DNA of 64,000 nucleotides from Octopus vulgaris (taxonomy: Eukaryota). Below the pieces are notes generated by a model, which was not told the origin of the DNA, did not search any database, and saw only the letters and a program-made list of their open reading frames with translations. The first letter of the stretch is position 1. The number at the start of each line of letters is the position of its first letter. Both the position numbers and the translations under genes were made by a program. The DNA lies in contig OX597825.1 in assembly GCA_951406725.2 (NCBI GenBank), forward strand, positions 84,506,001-84,570,000, written 5' to 3'. Of the stretch, positions 39,796 to 53,280 are shown in pieces.

Positions 39796-39927
39796 TCTTT
39801 TACTCTTTTACTTGTTTCAGTCATTTGACTGCGGCCATGCTGGAGCACTGCTAAGTGACGCGGACGTAAACACACCAGGATCGGTTGTCAAGCAATGCTA
39901 GGGGGACAAACACACACACACACACAT

Positions 39928-39960
<33 letters not shown>

Positions 39961-40121
39961 CATATATACGACGGGCTTCTTTCAGGTTCCGTCTAGCAAA
40001 TCCACTCACAAGGCATTGGTCGGCCCGGGGCTATAGCAGAAGACACTTGCTCGAGATGCGACGCAGTGGGACTGAACCCGGAACCATATGGTTGGTTAGC
40101 AAGCTACTTACCACACAGCCA
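39793..40121 (-). mobile_element. SINE family B with (AAAAGAGT)n-type tail
   Basis: Homologous to 36391-36754; tactcttttactcttttacttg at the 3' end. Confidence 0.92.
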
Positions 40122-40154
40122 TTATATATATATGCATATATATAATTTTTCTCC

Positions 40155-40350
40155 AAATGTAACCGTGAATCGTGAACTGTTGCCGATTTCTTTCCCTCCC
40201 ACTTCCTTTTCTCTTGGACTTTCCTCTCTCCCCTGTATTTGAAGGAGAGCTTTGCCCGAAACGTTAAACCGTCTTTCTTTCCTTCCCTGAGCGTCTGCTA
40301 ATACTTTGCATGTACCACATCCTCGTGTTGCCGTTTTCTTTGTTCTTGTG
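40155..40350 (+). mobile_element. Family P2 repeat with hammerhead-like motif
   Basis: TTGAAGG-A-GAGC-ttt-GCCC-GAAACGTT-aaac at about 40236-40270; body colinear with 36805-37005. Confidence 0.7.
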
Positions 40351-40407
40351 AGCACTGCCTTTAATCCAGCAAAACGGCCCCAGGATTTATACTTTGTAAG
40401 CCTACAT

Positions 40408-40600
40408 GAGAGGGCGCATGGCTTGGTGGTTATGATGTTGCGCTCAGGACACCCACGTGGACGTTGCGTTGCGTTCTTGCGCAAAGGAATTCATTTCACG
40501 TTGTTCTGCGATCGTTTCGTCATCTTACATGGGGTACAGGGTGCCCCTGGACAGGTGATACCGATTTGGAGGGGAGTGTTGCCAGAAGTCAGAATCAAAT
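40408..40600 (+). mobile_element. Diverged CORE-type SINE
   Basis: gcgcatggcttggtggtta head and ttgcgttcttgcgcaaag...ttcacgttg, similar to the family C head and CORE segment. Confidence 0.5.
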
Positions 40601-40960
40601 CTATATCAAATCTAACTGACTCTGTATATGTGCATTACACACGCAAACACAAACACACTCACACACACGTACGCACACATATCACCGGCGCAATTAGAAA
40701 TCGTAACCCAACATGTTAGAATTCTTCACTAGTAGCCTATAAGATTCATGTTATAATGATCCATTATAACATGATGAATATCTCTGACATTTTAATACAG
40801 CATTATGAAGCTGATATTGGCTGGTTATATATTTCTTTCGTTTACCAGACGAATAATCCCAATATCTACTCTATTCGATCCGTCTATAACTGAAGAGAAA
40901 CAAATATATAAACACATATATACGAATGTACAAGTGTATACACAAAGAAAAGCTTGTGTA

Positions 40961-41033
<73 letters not shown>

Positions 41034-41336
41034 GTGTGTGTGTGTGTGTGGTGTGTGTAATTATATATATATTTATATACATGTATAAGTGCAATACACA
41101 AACACACGTATGTGTGTCTGATTATATTCATATATACATCTATATTTTGTATGTGTCTTTCGAAATATGTTATTTGTGACAATATTAATCTACTAATTAT
41201 TATGTAAATCCTGATGGATGGTTTCTTTCTTAACCTGTAAAGGTAATGCTGACCTCAACAATTTTCACATTCCAAACTTTACTTATATATATATATATAT
41301 ATATACACATACATACATACGTATATATTATAATAA

Positions 41337-41390
<54 letters not shown>

Positions 41391-41474
41391 TGTATGTATG
41401 TATGTATATATACATACATATATATGAAATTGGATATAAGCCTCTCCACGCGAAGGAAACGGACGCCAAAAGAC

Positions 41475-41736
41475 GGTAAGACGTAAACAGGCCACCATCG
41501 GTTGTCAAGCGACGGCGGCACGGACACACACACACAAACATATACACACACATACATATATACATATGCATATATACGCCGGGCTTCTTTCAGTTTCCGT
41601 CTCCCAAATCCACTCACAAGGCTTTGGTCGGCTGGAGGTTATAGTTGAAGACACTTTCCAAAGTTGCCACGCAGTGGGAATGAACCCGTAACGATTTGGT
41701 TGGTAAACAAGCTACTTACCACACAGCCACTCCTGC
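41475..41736 (-). mobile_element. SINE family B, 3'-incomplete
   Basis: gggcttctttcagtttccgtct...aaatccactcacaaggctttggtcgg...ccacacagccactcctgc. Confidence 0.88.
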
Positions 41737-41744
41737 TACTATCT

Positions 41745-41838
<94 letters not shown>

Positions 41839-42496
41839 AATATCTAAACGCAAGTGTTTCCAGCTTTAAAGCAAATAAATTATACATGGTGAAAATTAAC
41901 ATTTGTGACATTTAGACAATTATTTCGAATAGAATTTCAATTCGTTTCGCTTGGAATCGTAGTAGAACTAAAACTACTCCGGTGTATTATTAATAGACCA
42001 TTATTAATAGACATATGATAAAGAATCTTTTAAATACGTTTTTATATATTTTTTTATATGTTGCCTGAAAACTGCGATAAAATATTTCCCATTAAAGAGG
42101 AAACGAAAGAATTGAAAGTTTGTCAGAAAAACGTTTAAATTCAGCAGATGTCGATTAAAACATTTAATATTCGGAATGGCAGATGTTATCGTCCATAGGT
42201 GATATCTGTTATTACATAGAACCGACTGTTACATGGCAGTTATTGTTATCGGTATCCAACTTGAGCAATCACACACATCTAAAATTATGGACAGAGTCAT
42301 ATATATATGTTTGTCCGTACGTGTGTGTTTGCGTATATGCTGGTATTTGCGTGTCTATTACATACACACGTACATATATACGTACATACATACATATGTA
42401 TATAAATATTATGTAATATAGATGCACACTCACACACAAACCTCTACATACACACGTCCACACACGCGATTTCTCTCTGTCTCAGCCTCTCTCTCT

Positions 42497-42563
<67 letters not shown>

Positions 42564-42994
42564 TGAATATACAGATATATATCGAATGCCGATAACCTTG
42601 GTTGTTAGCGTAAATCGTATGGAGCAAAGTTCGAAACTTAGAATAGACTATGCGATTTTTAAAGAATATATTTCGCCAACTGAGTTCTGTATAGGATTGC
42701 TTGCAAAACGCAAACTTTCCCTCTCACCCTCTGTCATAGATATATATATATATACAAATTGAGATAGGGGTTGTAAATGCAACCCTCCATGGGATAACAT
42801 ATCCAATATACTGCTAGTGAAGTACCCAACAAAGTTAATACATACATGTTAAGAATTACGATGCAATTAATTCATTTACTGTATTATATGGGCAAAGGTA
42901 AAATGTTTTACCACAAATTCATAAATGTTCACATATACGCATATAATTGTGTGTATATATATATGTCTGCATGTATATATATATATATATATAC

Positions 42995-43072
<78 letters not shown>

Positions 43073-43273
43073 AGATAAACAATTAGAAAATGGGAAAAAA
43101 ACACAGATTAACCAACACATCGATTGGACCACATTTCTAATTGAATTTCCAAAATACAATCTATAAATAAATGCCTGGGGATATTACATGTAACGGTTAG
43201 TGCATAAGGATATTTTATCCCTTAGTTGGTTAGTATAACCGCTAACTCTGTTTACACAAACACACACACACAT

Positions 43274-43755
43274 ACACTGCGCATCTGCATCAGGAATTGT
43301 ACGCAATATCCAGCTGGCGTGAGGACACAAAAACATGCAGTTTAATGCTGGAAAATTCCAATCCTTGCGTTACTGATGCACGGAGGGGAATGAAAGCTAA
43401 TTGGATGCAATGGCCCAAGAGGGATTACAATATTTGAATCAACGTCAGCCCATAACATCAGACAGCAGAACGGGGCGCCACTAAATAGTACCAAAAGTCG
43501 CAACATTGCCATGGGGATACAGGACCAGATACTGCAACAGCTTGAATTTCGCGGACCCACTGCTCTTCAACATCCCACGAAACCTGGGGTGGATACTGCG
43601 ACAGCTTGAATTACAAGGACCCACCGCTCTTCAACATCTCACGAAGACTGACGCTCCTACATGGGGTGGATGTCTAGAATTCCGGATAAAACTATCTCGT
43701 GACAAGGAACGCAGATAAGGCTTCAAACTCCTTCAATTCACCAAATGCCAGACGA
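43274..43755 (+). mobile_element. CR1/L2-like LINE RT C-terminal remnant with internal deletion and duplication
   Basis: AHLHQELYAISSW..NMQFNAGKFQSLRY (post-FADD motif W...N.M.FN..K) and RTRYCNSLNF..PLLFNIP. Frameshifts and stops. Confidence 0.8.
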
Positions 43756-44465
43756 GCTTTACTGAAAGTGTTGCAAATATATATGTATATGTGTGTTCAT
43801 GAAGGGACAGGTTAAATCCAGTGTCACATTAGCAACACTCCATGCAGAAGCCTGAGTAGCAAATTGTTCGAATACGTTAAGTCGGATTATTATTTATGAA
43901 GCACTTTGTCAATCATAGCCATGTGTATTAGATTTGTATGTTATAAACCTTTGAGAGTGAATTACGATAGTTCTAATATATATCGTATCTCTATTTTGGT
44001 CAAGTCGGTCTTTTCAAGTTATGAGTTTCACCTGTGGATACAGAAAGTCTTCAGGCAAGTTGCGATTCAACACTAAGCAAGTACATATACATACAAACTC
44101 ATATATATATATATATGTATATATATGTGTGTGTGTGTGTGTGTATGTACGTATACATGTGTATATTCATAAAATATGGATATATGTATACATATCAGTT
44201 TACATCATATATCCATATATGTATTCGTGTAGTTACATCTATGTGTGTGTGTAAACATTTAATGTATACGGGGTATTCATCCAAATGTGCTAAATCTGCG
44301 ATTTGATATCGATCCCAACTTTGGAGCATATGATTTCATAGCATTCTTGAAACTAGTAATTCTTCTCCTATGCATATATAAGCTTTCATGCCCATTAGCA
44401 AATATCTATGCCATCCTCACATTTATCGATTTAATACACCAGCAGAAGTCGACAAATATGTAAGG

Positions 44466-44508
<43 letters not shown>

Positions 44509-44912
44509 GTATATATAGTCAGCTCATACAACAGCTGTATTATATATGCTTTGGCCCTGGAGATGATACAGGAACTCACGTATGTTACTTGTACTGTTTA
44601 AAGAAAGGGAGCGAGATATTACAGACAGCCTGATGAAATATTCGTACCTGCTAAAACATCGTTCAAACGGCGAACGGTTTAACACTCGCAACTGGACGAT
44701 AGTTTAACTGAGTAGAATATGTAATAGACGTAAAGAAAATGCTACGAACCCTGTTGCATTTAAAAAATGCTATGTACTGAAATACCAGATGGCATTTTCT
44801 AAGTTGTGCCCAATTCTTTTTTCTGTCCCCGTTATAAAATATATTATCTTTTGTTATATCCAATGTCTCGAGTCGTTATTTGTTGAATAAATATTTGTAT
44901 TTTTTCCCTCTA

Positions 44913-45103
44913 CCGATTGATAATCGGTGCTTCTAGGGTTACGTTTCGTACCTTACCAGTTCCTTGAAGTTTCTGGTCGACTAAGGGCCAGGATTTGAAC
45001 AAAGAATAATAAGGATTGGTGCCGATCCGTTCAACTGAAATTCTTCAAAGCTGTGCCCCAGCATGGCCGTACTCTCTTGAACAACAAGCCAACAACCAAA
45101 GAT
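44913..45103 (+). mobile_element. SINE family B, diverged 3' half
   Basis: ttgataatcggtg...aaagaataa...ttcttcaaagctgtgccccagcatggccg. Confidence 0.55.
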
Positions 45104-45118
45104 ACGCAGGCACACATA

Positions 45119-45331
45119 CATGTATGTATGTATGTATGTATGTATGTATGTATGTATGTATGTATGTATGTGTGTGTGTGTATGTATGTATATATGTATG
45201 TATGAATGTATGTATGTATGTATGTATGTATGTATGTATGTATGTATGTATGTATGTATGTATGTATGTATGTATGTATGTATGTATGTATGTATGTATG
45301 CCTGTAGGTATGTATGTATGTATGTATGTGC

Positions 45332-45362
<31 letters not shown>
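45119..45362. repeat. (TATG)n microsatellite
   Basis: Directly visible. Confidence 0.97.
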
Positions 45363-45366
<4 letters not shown>

Positions 45367-46277
45367 ATGATATCTCTGAAATGGTTTTTTGATATCAACA
45401 TCGTGGCAGGGATTGGCGGTATGCAATATGTTTATACCAGGCATTTCAGATTTTATGCTCACTGGGCGAGAAGCCAAGACAGTAAGTGAGTGACTTCTTG
45501 AGATAAATCTTGAAGTGTCACCTTGCGTAGGGGTAAGTAGCTTAGGATTCATGGGAAATTAGGCTTTTATTGATTGCTGCCGCTTCCATTTTTGCAAGAA
45601 TGAAAACGAAAAAAAGCCACGTTCATACTTTTAGATTATTATCTTAGCTTTGAAGCTTTAATTTTTGTATTTGCCAAAACCAGAGTGACTGAGAATATGT
45701 AAAAATAAAACACAAAAATGCTAAGCAAATATACAACAAATTGAAATATTTGGCTTAATTAACTTATCTTCCGTTCTTAATAAAACAATACAAAATAAGA
45801 ACCAAAAACAAAACAAAGAAAAAAAAAACAAAATGTGGCAAATGTGTTTCATGCTCGAAAATGGCTGATATTCCAGTTGTTAATAATGCTACGATACAAC
45901 ATCAGTGTCCTACTTCTTTGCATGTATGTGTGCGTGTATGTATGTATGTATGTATGTATGTATGTATGTATGTATGTACGTATGTATGTATGTATGTATG
46001 TGTGTATGTATGTATGTGTGTATGTATGTGCATGTATGTGAGTATGTAGGTATGTCATTGCGTATATGTGTGTATGTATGTATATGTGTATGTATGTGTA
46101 TGTATGTGTGTGTGTGTGTATATGTGTGTGTATATATAGATAGATATGCATATACGCGTACTTTTATGTATGTATATATCTATATAGGTATATATAAGTA
46201 TATATATGAAAAAATATTTATATGTATATATAGGTATATATACAAAATATATGCAATATATATCAACGTATATGCAT

Positions 46278-46323
<46 letters not shown>

Positions 46324-46536
46324 CATATAATATAGGTGCATATGTGTGTGTATGTGTGTGAGTCTGTGCATGTGCAGTGCGTGTGAGTATGTCTTTGCGT
46401 TCGTGTTCTATAATGAAATGTTTCTTTTTCTGTTCGTAGTTAAGAGTGGTGTGATGTCTAAAGATGAATTTCACCGGAAATCCTTCTAGATATGAAAATC
46501 GTGATTGTTTAAATATCAGCAGACACATCTATCTAC

Positions 46537-46681
<145 letters not shown>

Positions 46682-47222
46682 CATATATAGATATACATAC
46701 ATGCGTGCATATCTGTACATGTTTATATTTGTGATTATTTTTTCTCACTATATGCACATGAATGAGTATTTTGGGGGAGAATATCTTATCATGCCATGTG
46801 AATGCACTAAAAAACAGTTCATTAGACACAGATTCCAAACCTTAAGATAAACCTTTAATTGTGGATTGCCATATTTCGTCCTAATTCGCAACTTTCCAAA
46901 TAAAATGGCGGCGTTCTACACATAACCTTCGTTTTTCTCGTCTCAAAATACCCGTTCTTTTATCTTACATTCGTTTCAGGAATTACGCTGTGGCCAGGCT
47001 GGGGCACCACCTTTAAAAACGTTTAACCGAAGGTTTTCGATCCCAGTACTTACTTGTAAAGGCCTGGTAGTTAATCTATTGGGATTTTGCCGAATCGCTA
47101 ACTCACGGGGACGTAAATACACCAAAACCGGTTGTCAAGCGGTGGTGGGAAACGTATACAGACACAAAGACACACAGTCACACACACACACACGTATATA
47201 TATATATATATATATGTATATA

Positions 47223-47457
47223 TTGGTGAAAACTGTAAGTTAACAAAAGAAAGAAAGAGACCACAATATTATGTAAATAGAGGAATTTATCTGTAAAAAA
47301 CATATCTGACAATTATTAGGTAACCAAGATAAAACCCTGAGTTTCGGATGCCGAGGTGGAAATCCGGATGACTGAAGAGATGGTGGTGTGGATTTCCACC
47401 TCGGCATCCGAAACTCAGAGTTTTATCTTGGCTACCGAATAATTGTCACATTAATTT

Positions 47458-47461
<4 letters not shown>
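47223..47461. mobile_element. Inverted (fold-back) Penelope-like terminal element (family P3)
   Basis: Arms 47292-47365 and 47390-47461 are inverted repeats; flanked by (TA)n. Confidence 0.75.
47372..47420 (+). ncRNA. Hammerhead-ribozyme-like motif, minimal type I with long stem II
   Basis: CTGAAGA (47372-78), hairpin GATGGTGGTGTGG-attt-CCACCTCGGCATC, C, GAAA-C-TC (47410-16). Stem I partner is missing in this copy. Confidence 0.5.
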
Positions 47462-47504
<43 letters not shown>

Positions 47505-48470
47505 GACTTTATAATACTTTATAAGACACACACACACATACACGACTATATAAGACTTGTCAGCCCGGGGCTGTAGTAGCAGATACCTGCCTAAAGTGCC
47601 CCGCAGTGTGACTGAACGTGGAATCATGCGGTTGCGAAGCAGACCATTTACCACACAGCCAAGTCTTAGTGTGTTTCTTTTTTCACAATCGTTTCACTTA
47701 AGACGAAGCAAAAATATATTAAAATTATCCACATCATCGCCTTAAATTTTTTTCCTTCTCCTAAGTCGAAGTAGAATATCAAGCAAAAAAAAATGATTCA
47801 AAATCTTTAAAAGAATAATTTAGAATTTAATTGCGAGGACAAAAAATTAGGTAAGCTGTCTTCAATAATAAAATTAACTATTGTATTTTGCAAAATGGAA
47901 TAGAAAAAATTTTATTTTATTTTCACAATGTATTAGCGGAGACATCCAGATGAAATCACGAAAAATGAAAGAAACTACAGAAAAAACCCAAAGAAAAATA
48001 AATATTTGGTAAATACAATAACATATAATGTAATGTCATAAAACGATTTTCATCTAATTTATTATTGAATAAAATTGCATTCATTTAGCAAACTTCTCTC
48101 GTTCACGTCGTGAACCTGGTAGCAAAATAGAATTTTCTCGAAAAACTAATATTTTTATTCAGTATATATTGGCGCACGCGTAGGTGTTTGTGCAGTACAC
48201 ATACATATAGAGGAATGAGTGCGTACGTGTGTTTGTGTGCGTATGTGTGTGTGTGAGTGTGTGTGTGGTATAGTGTCTAATAATGTGGTTGTGTGTATGC
48301 AATGCTTTGTTATTTCATAACTGCAAGCATGTACATGGGAAAATATGAAGCTAACTTTGAAAAAAAAACAAACAAGAAAACACAACCAACTGTTTTTGGA
48401 ATTGAATAAAAAAAGGAAATTAAATGCACGCATACGGCGCATACACGCACATAAACATATACATATATGT

Positions 48471-48547
<77 letters not shown>

Positions 48548-48767
48548 GATAGATAAACGGAGAGAGAAATACAGATGGAGTGAGAGTGAGTGAGAGAGAG
48601 AAAGAGAGAGAGAATGAGAGAGAGAAACCAAACGAATAAATACAACGCACTTTGGTTCGATTGTCATACACACACAGACACGCACACAGAGAACACACAT
48701 ACGCGCACACACATATATATACGTGTGTTTATGTGTATCTAACTGTATCTCTGTCATTCTGAGTGTA

Positions 48768-48841
<74 letters not shown>

Positions 48842-49129
48842 TGTATGCGTGTGTGTTCTTTTAAAAAGTGTGAGGCATACACACACACATGCACACATAT
48901 ATACGTACCTATGACTAACATCTTTATTGATCTGCTCTCTCAGATATATGGACGTTTCTTTCCGTTAAGCACACACGCATATACACACATACACACACAC
49001 AATAAAAGACTATCCTTGTGTAGCAATGACATTCGTCTTTCATAACTTTTCTAATGGCGTCTACATATTTTGCTCTCTTACGCAACGGATTTTAACATTA
49101 AACATTTCTTAGATCATCTTTCATTCATT

Positions 49130-49299
49130 CCTCGTGTTTTTTTCTTTCTTTCAGTCTATCTTTCCTTTTTCTTTCTTTATTTTTCTTCCTTTCTTCATTT
49201 CTTTCTTTCTTCTTTTACTTTCTCTCTTCCTATCTTACTTCCTTTTTTCTTGCTTTCTTTCTTCATTTCTGTCTTTCCTTCTTTTCTTTCTCTCTTCGT

Positions 49300-49341
<42 letters not shown>

Positions 49342-49385
49342 TTTCTTTCTTCCTTCATTTCTTTCTTTCGTTATTTCATTCTTAT
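49130..49385. repeat. (CTTT)n-rich polypyrimidine tract
   Basis: Directly visible. Confidence 0.9.
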
Positions 49386-49500
49386 ATCCTCTTTCCCAGC
49401 TCTTATCCCCACCACTGACGCCTGCAGCCTTTCTCTACGCCCGCCCATTTTCCTCTCTTCTTTCTGTCTACAACATTTAGACGAGTAATCACCATCGTCA

Positions 49501-49501
<1 letters not shown>

Positions 49502-49563
<62 letters not shown>

Positions 49564-49595
49564 CAGTAGTAGCAGCAGTAGTAGCAGCAGTAGTT
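49502..49595. repeat. (TAG)n/(CAG) triplet repeat
   Basis: Directly visible. Confidence 0.95.
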
Positions 49596-49872
49596 GTAGC
49601 GACTGTTGTTGATATAGTAATATCTGTGACCAGAAACGAAGAGACGAAAACTTACGCATTCCATTTTAAGCCACATAAAAACAAAATCGACAACTGAACT
49701 GCACAATACAGACAGCTAAGAGTGTCGAAAGAATCCATCTCTTGTCTCCTTATCCATTTATCCTCACTTCAGCCATTCCGTATTTCTTTATATATGGATA
49801 TATCAGGTTCAAAACATTTTGGGTAACGGCCAGTTTTGCCAATTACTTACGTTGTGTCAATATTTTCAGTAA

Positions 49873-50265
49873 TCTCTCTCTATATAAAGCTGAAGTTGCC
49901 TGTGTTGTAGGTTTGGTAGCCTTTAACTAACTCTATCCCCTATGAGACCCTGCAGTGCAAGTTGACCATAATTGAGAGTATGATAGAAGAAGGCTTGCTC
50001 TTCCTTCCGTAGAAGAAAAAATTCAAATCGGACCATGTTAACACCAAAAATTATTTACATCAAAAAGGTGCTTTTTTTCTATGAAAATCCCAATTTTTTT
50101 ACTATTTTTTTGACTACTGTGTCGCCATTTTTCGGTGTCTTTCAACCAGGAAAATATTTGACTTAAAGAGAATAACAAGCTACATCATGCAAAATTTTTA
50201 GTTTTCAAAAATTCCAATTCTAAAGGGTCGGAACAAACCCGAGCAACGCCGGGCGGTACTGCTAG
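49873..50265 (+). mobile_element. Complete non-autonomous Helitron (about 393 bp)
   Basis: A|TCtctctctatataaagctgaag 5' end, GC hairpin CCCGAGCAACGCCGGG at 50238-50253, CTAG|T 3' end, A-T target and no TSD. Confidence 0.85.
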
Positions 50266-50400
50266 TTCTATTTATAAAAATCGCACATCGTTCATCTGAG
50301 AATTTGCTAGTTCAATTCATAATTGAAAAAATGAGAAGGAATAAATTATACGCTTTAAGCACAGTTATGTATCAGAAAATTTTGATTAGCTGTATTTTCT

Positions 50401-50461
<61 letters not shown>

Positions 50462-50594
50462 TATATGTCTCTGTGTGTGTATATACATCGTAGCGTATAA
50501 ACGAGGCCTAAAGTTTCTACTTCAAGTACGCCTGTACACATTTCATGATCCTTGAATTTACAAATATCAAGGGAGATAACACAATTCATGTGTG

Positions 50595-51506
50595 TTTATT
50601 TTATCTGCTACTTGTTTCGGTCATTAGACTGCTGCCATACTGGGGCACCGCCTTGGGCAATTTTAGTCGAACGGATTGCAATCAGGACATTTTTCTCAAA
50701 TTGGCTCTTATTCTATCGTTTCAATGAAGCCGAACCACTAAGCAATGAGGACATGAACACAACAACACCGGTTGTCAAGCGATGGTAGGGACAAATACAG
50801 ACAGAGAGTCCCACACTGATTTTGCAACAGCCAAAAATGCTAGTTCTAAGGTCAACGCAATAGTTGTACTGACAAGTAATGTTCGTAGCCTCTTTGACAT
50901 GGCTGTACCGTTTGAATGGGATTTTAACGCGATTTTTTAACCCCAAGAGGACATATCTTCTTGCTAGTTAACGATGCACAGCTAAATCCAATATATTTGG
51001 AGCAGGAGAGTGAACCCCTACCACCTTCCAGTGACGGGACCAGCAGACCGGCCTGGTTTCGGGGTCTTTATGGCTCTCTTTAGTACAGGAAACTTCCTCA
51101 GCTAGAAATGTCAGTGGCTCGCTTCTGCTTGCCAATATATATAATTTGAAGCAGTTGACGAGAAATATCCCGAAACCAGGCTGGTCTGCTGGTCCCGTCG
51201 CTAGAGGAGATATCTTCTTGAGGCTAAAAATCGCAGTAAAATCCCGTTCGAACGGACAGTCATGTTGAAGTGGCAACGATTATTACTTGCTAATACAACT
51301 ACTGCGTTGATCTCTCAGAGAGATTTTAGAACTTGCATTTTGCATATATATATATATTTTTGACAGCCCCCTTCTAATTTCCGTCAACCAAATCCACTCA
51401 TGAGGTCTTGGTCAGCCCAGGTTAAAATAAGTCTCAAACAGTTGGACTGAACCGGGAACCATGTGCTTGTGAAATATACTTCTTGCCACACAGCCACGCC
51501 TGCTCC
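50595..51506 (-). mobile_element. SINE family B split by a MITE
   Basis: 3' part 50595-50805 (acttgtttcggtcattagactg...ggttgtcaagcgatgg); 5' part 51365-51506 (tttccgtcaaccaaatccactca...ccacacagccacgcctgc). Confidence 0.85.
50832..51342. mobile_element. Long-TIR fold-back MITE
   Basis: Outer arms 50832-50967 and 51201-51342 are inverted homologues; inner arms 51029-51063 and 51169-51204; non-coding. Confidence 0.88.
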
Positions 51507-51577
51507 AATGGTATCTAATCTTTCTTTAAACAATACAAATATGTTTTGGGTATAATAGAAAGGGAAGATGCACCATA

Positions 51578-51666
51578 TTCTTTTCTACTCTAGGCACAAG
51601 GTCCGAAATTCTTGTGAAGGTGTCCAGTCGATTAGATCGACCGAAGTACGCAACTGGTATTTAATT
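51578..51666 (-). mobile_element. SINE family A-related 3' fragment
   Basis: ggcacaaggtccgaaatt...agtcgattagatcgacc...gtacgcaactggtatttaatt. Confidence 0.6.
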
Positions 51667-52140
51667 CAAGCTCCAGGTGCACTTGCTTGTAGGTATGTGA
51701 TATATTGGAATTTATGGCATAATATATACGCAAAATGACATATACCCAAATTCTATTGTCACGGCCTCTGAGGTCTGCCTCCCATTATGACATGTTACCT
51801 GTTGGTAGATTCTACAATATATACATACATGCTTAACATATATATAATTACATGAATGTATGCATGTTTATATACATATATTTGAGTGTGTGTATATACA
51901 AGCATTCACACGTATATACGCATGCATGCATACATATATAGGCACAATTGACGACAATAAGGCACACAAATATACGTACATAAAAGTTTTGTGCGTGCAT
52001 GTGTATACATCGTGACAAGAAAATAAAAAGAAATACTGATGCAAGCATGTAACGGGCAAAACACATAACGATTGATATTGCACATGTATATCATCCATAT
52101 ACAAGCGATGTATACCTACATGTAAAATGATTCAGAGGCT

Positions 52141-52186
<46 letters not shown>

Positions 52187-53280
52187 TTATCAGTGCACAT
52201 TTACGTGTGGTTGTGTCTTAACATATGTGTGTGCGTTTACGCGCGCCTGTGAGTGTATGTTTGTATGTATATATGGACATAAATATGTTTGAACGGTTGC
52301 CTATCAGTTCCTTTCATCTCCGCCGAAACACTCATTATTCTGGTTTAGACGAGTGTAATCTTCAACGAGAAACTTCCATGCAATATATAATGAACATTTC
52401 ATAACTACATCGAAGATGCATTTGTTTTATTGTTAGTTTTCACAGTTTATTTATATCTTCCCCCGATTGCGTAAACACTATTTTGAAGCAGTTAAAAAAA
52501 ATTCTACAAAAAACAAAAAACAAAAAAACCCAAAAGATACTGAATAAAAGATTTGATAATTTACATGTCCTTATACCTAAAACAGACATAACTGTTTAGC
52601 AGAACCTTGCTTTAATGTTTTCCTTTCATATTTATTTTCCAAATGATATTCATATCTAAATAAACCACAACCAACAACAAAACACGTATTGTACGCCATT
52701 ATTTACACGAAAGCAGCGGAGAATACGGTATATTTTTACATTCCAAAGCAGTTAAAACTGTCTGCTAAAATGTCATTTAATATATGAAAATTAGCATCAA
52801 TTATATTGCATAAAAATTAAAATATAATGTAAAGATTTGAGAAATTTTATGTTCATTTTCAATCAGTTTCTCGATGTAATTTGCCAAGCTATTGAAATAT
52901 TCGGCAGCGCGCATTTGCAGATAGAAATAAATGGATGGAAAGTACAAAATAATCTTCTTCATATTTCTGTCTCTCCGTCGTTATTGTAGATATCATAGCA
53001 AGTGTCTGTGTAGTTGCTTGTGAGAGAGAATCCGAAATCGGAGCAAATCGTATGTAAATATATAATTGAAGAGAAGAAGATCTTTATGGCTGGGGAAGTA
53101 GGAAACCGCCTTCCATAATGCAGCGATTTAAGCCAATTATATCTTATAAATAGATAATGATATATAGATAACAAAATAGCCTGAGCTTAACTATTTGCAG
53201 AAGCACCACGGAAGAAAATTACATACGCAAACAAACTCGTGCGTACCTGTACAAACGTTTAAGTATCTGTGTGTGTGTGT

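Larger units (their letters stand above)
46955..47661 (-). mobile_element. SINE family B interrupted in its internal microsatellite by the P3 inverted element
   Basis: 3' part 46955-47175 (ggggacgtaaatacacc...ggttgtcaagcggtgg); 5' part 47555-47661 (gtcagcccggggctgtagtag...ccacacagcc). Confidence 0.82.

Noticed and set aside
40746-40774. 13-bp perfect hairpin; also an 11-bp one at 61094-61123
   Set aside because: Short and AT-rich with no supporting context; plausible by chance or local template switching.
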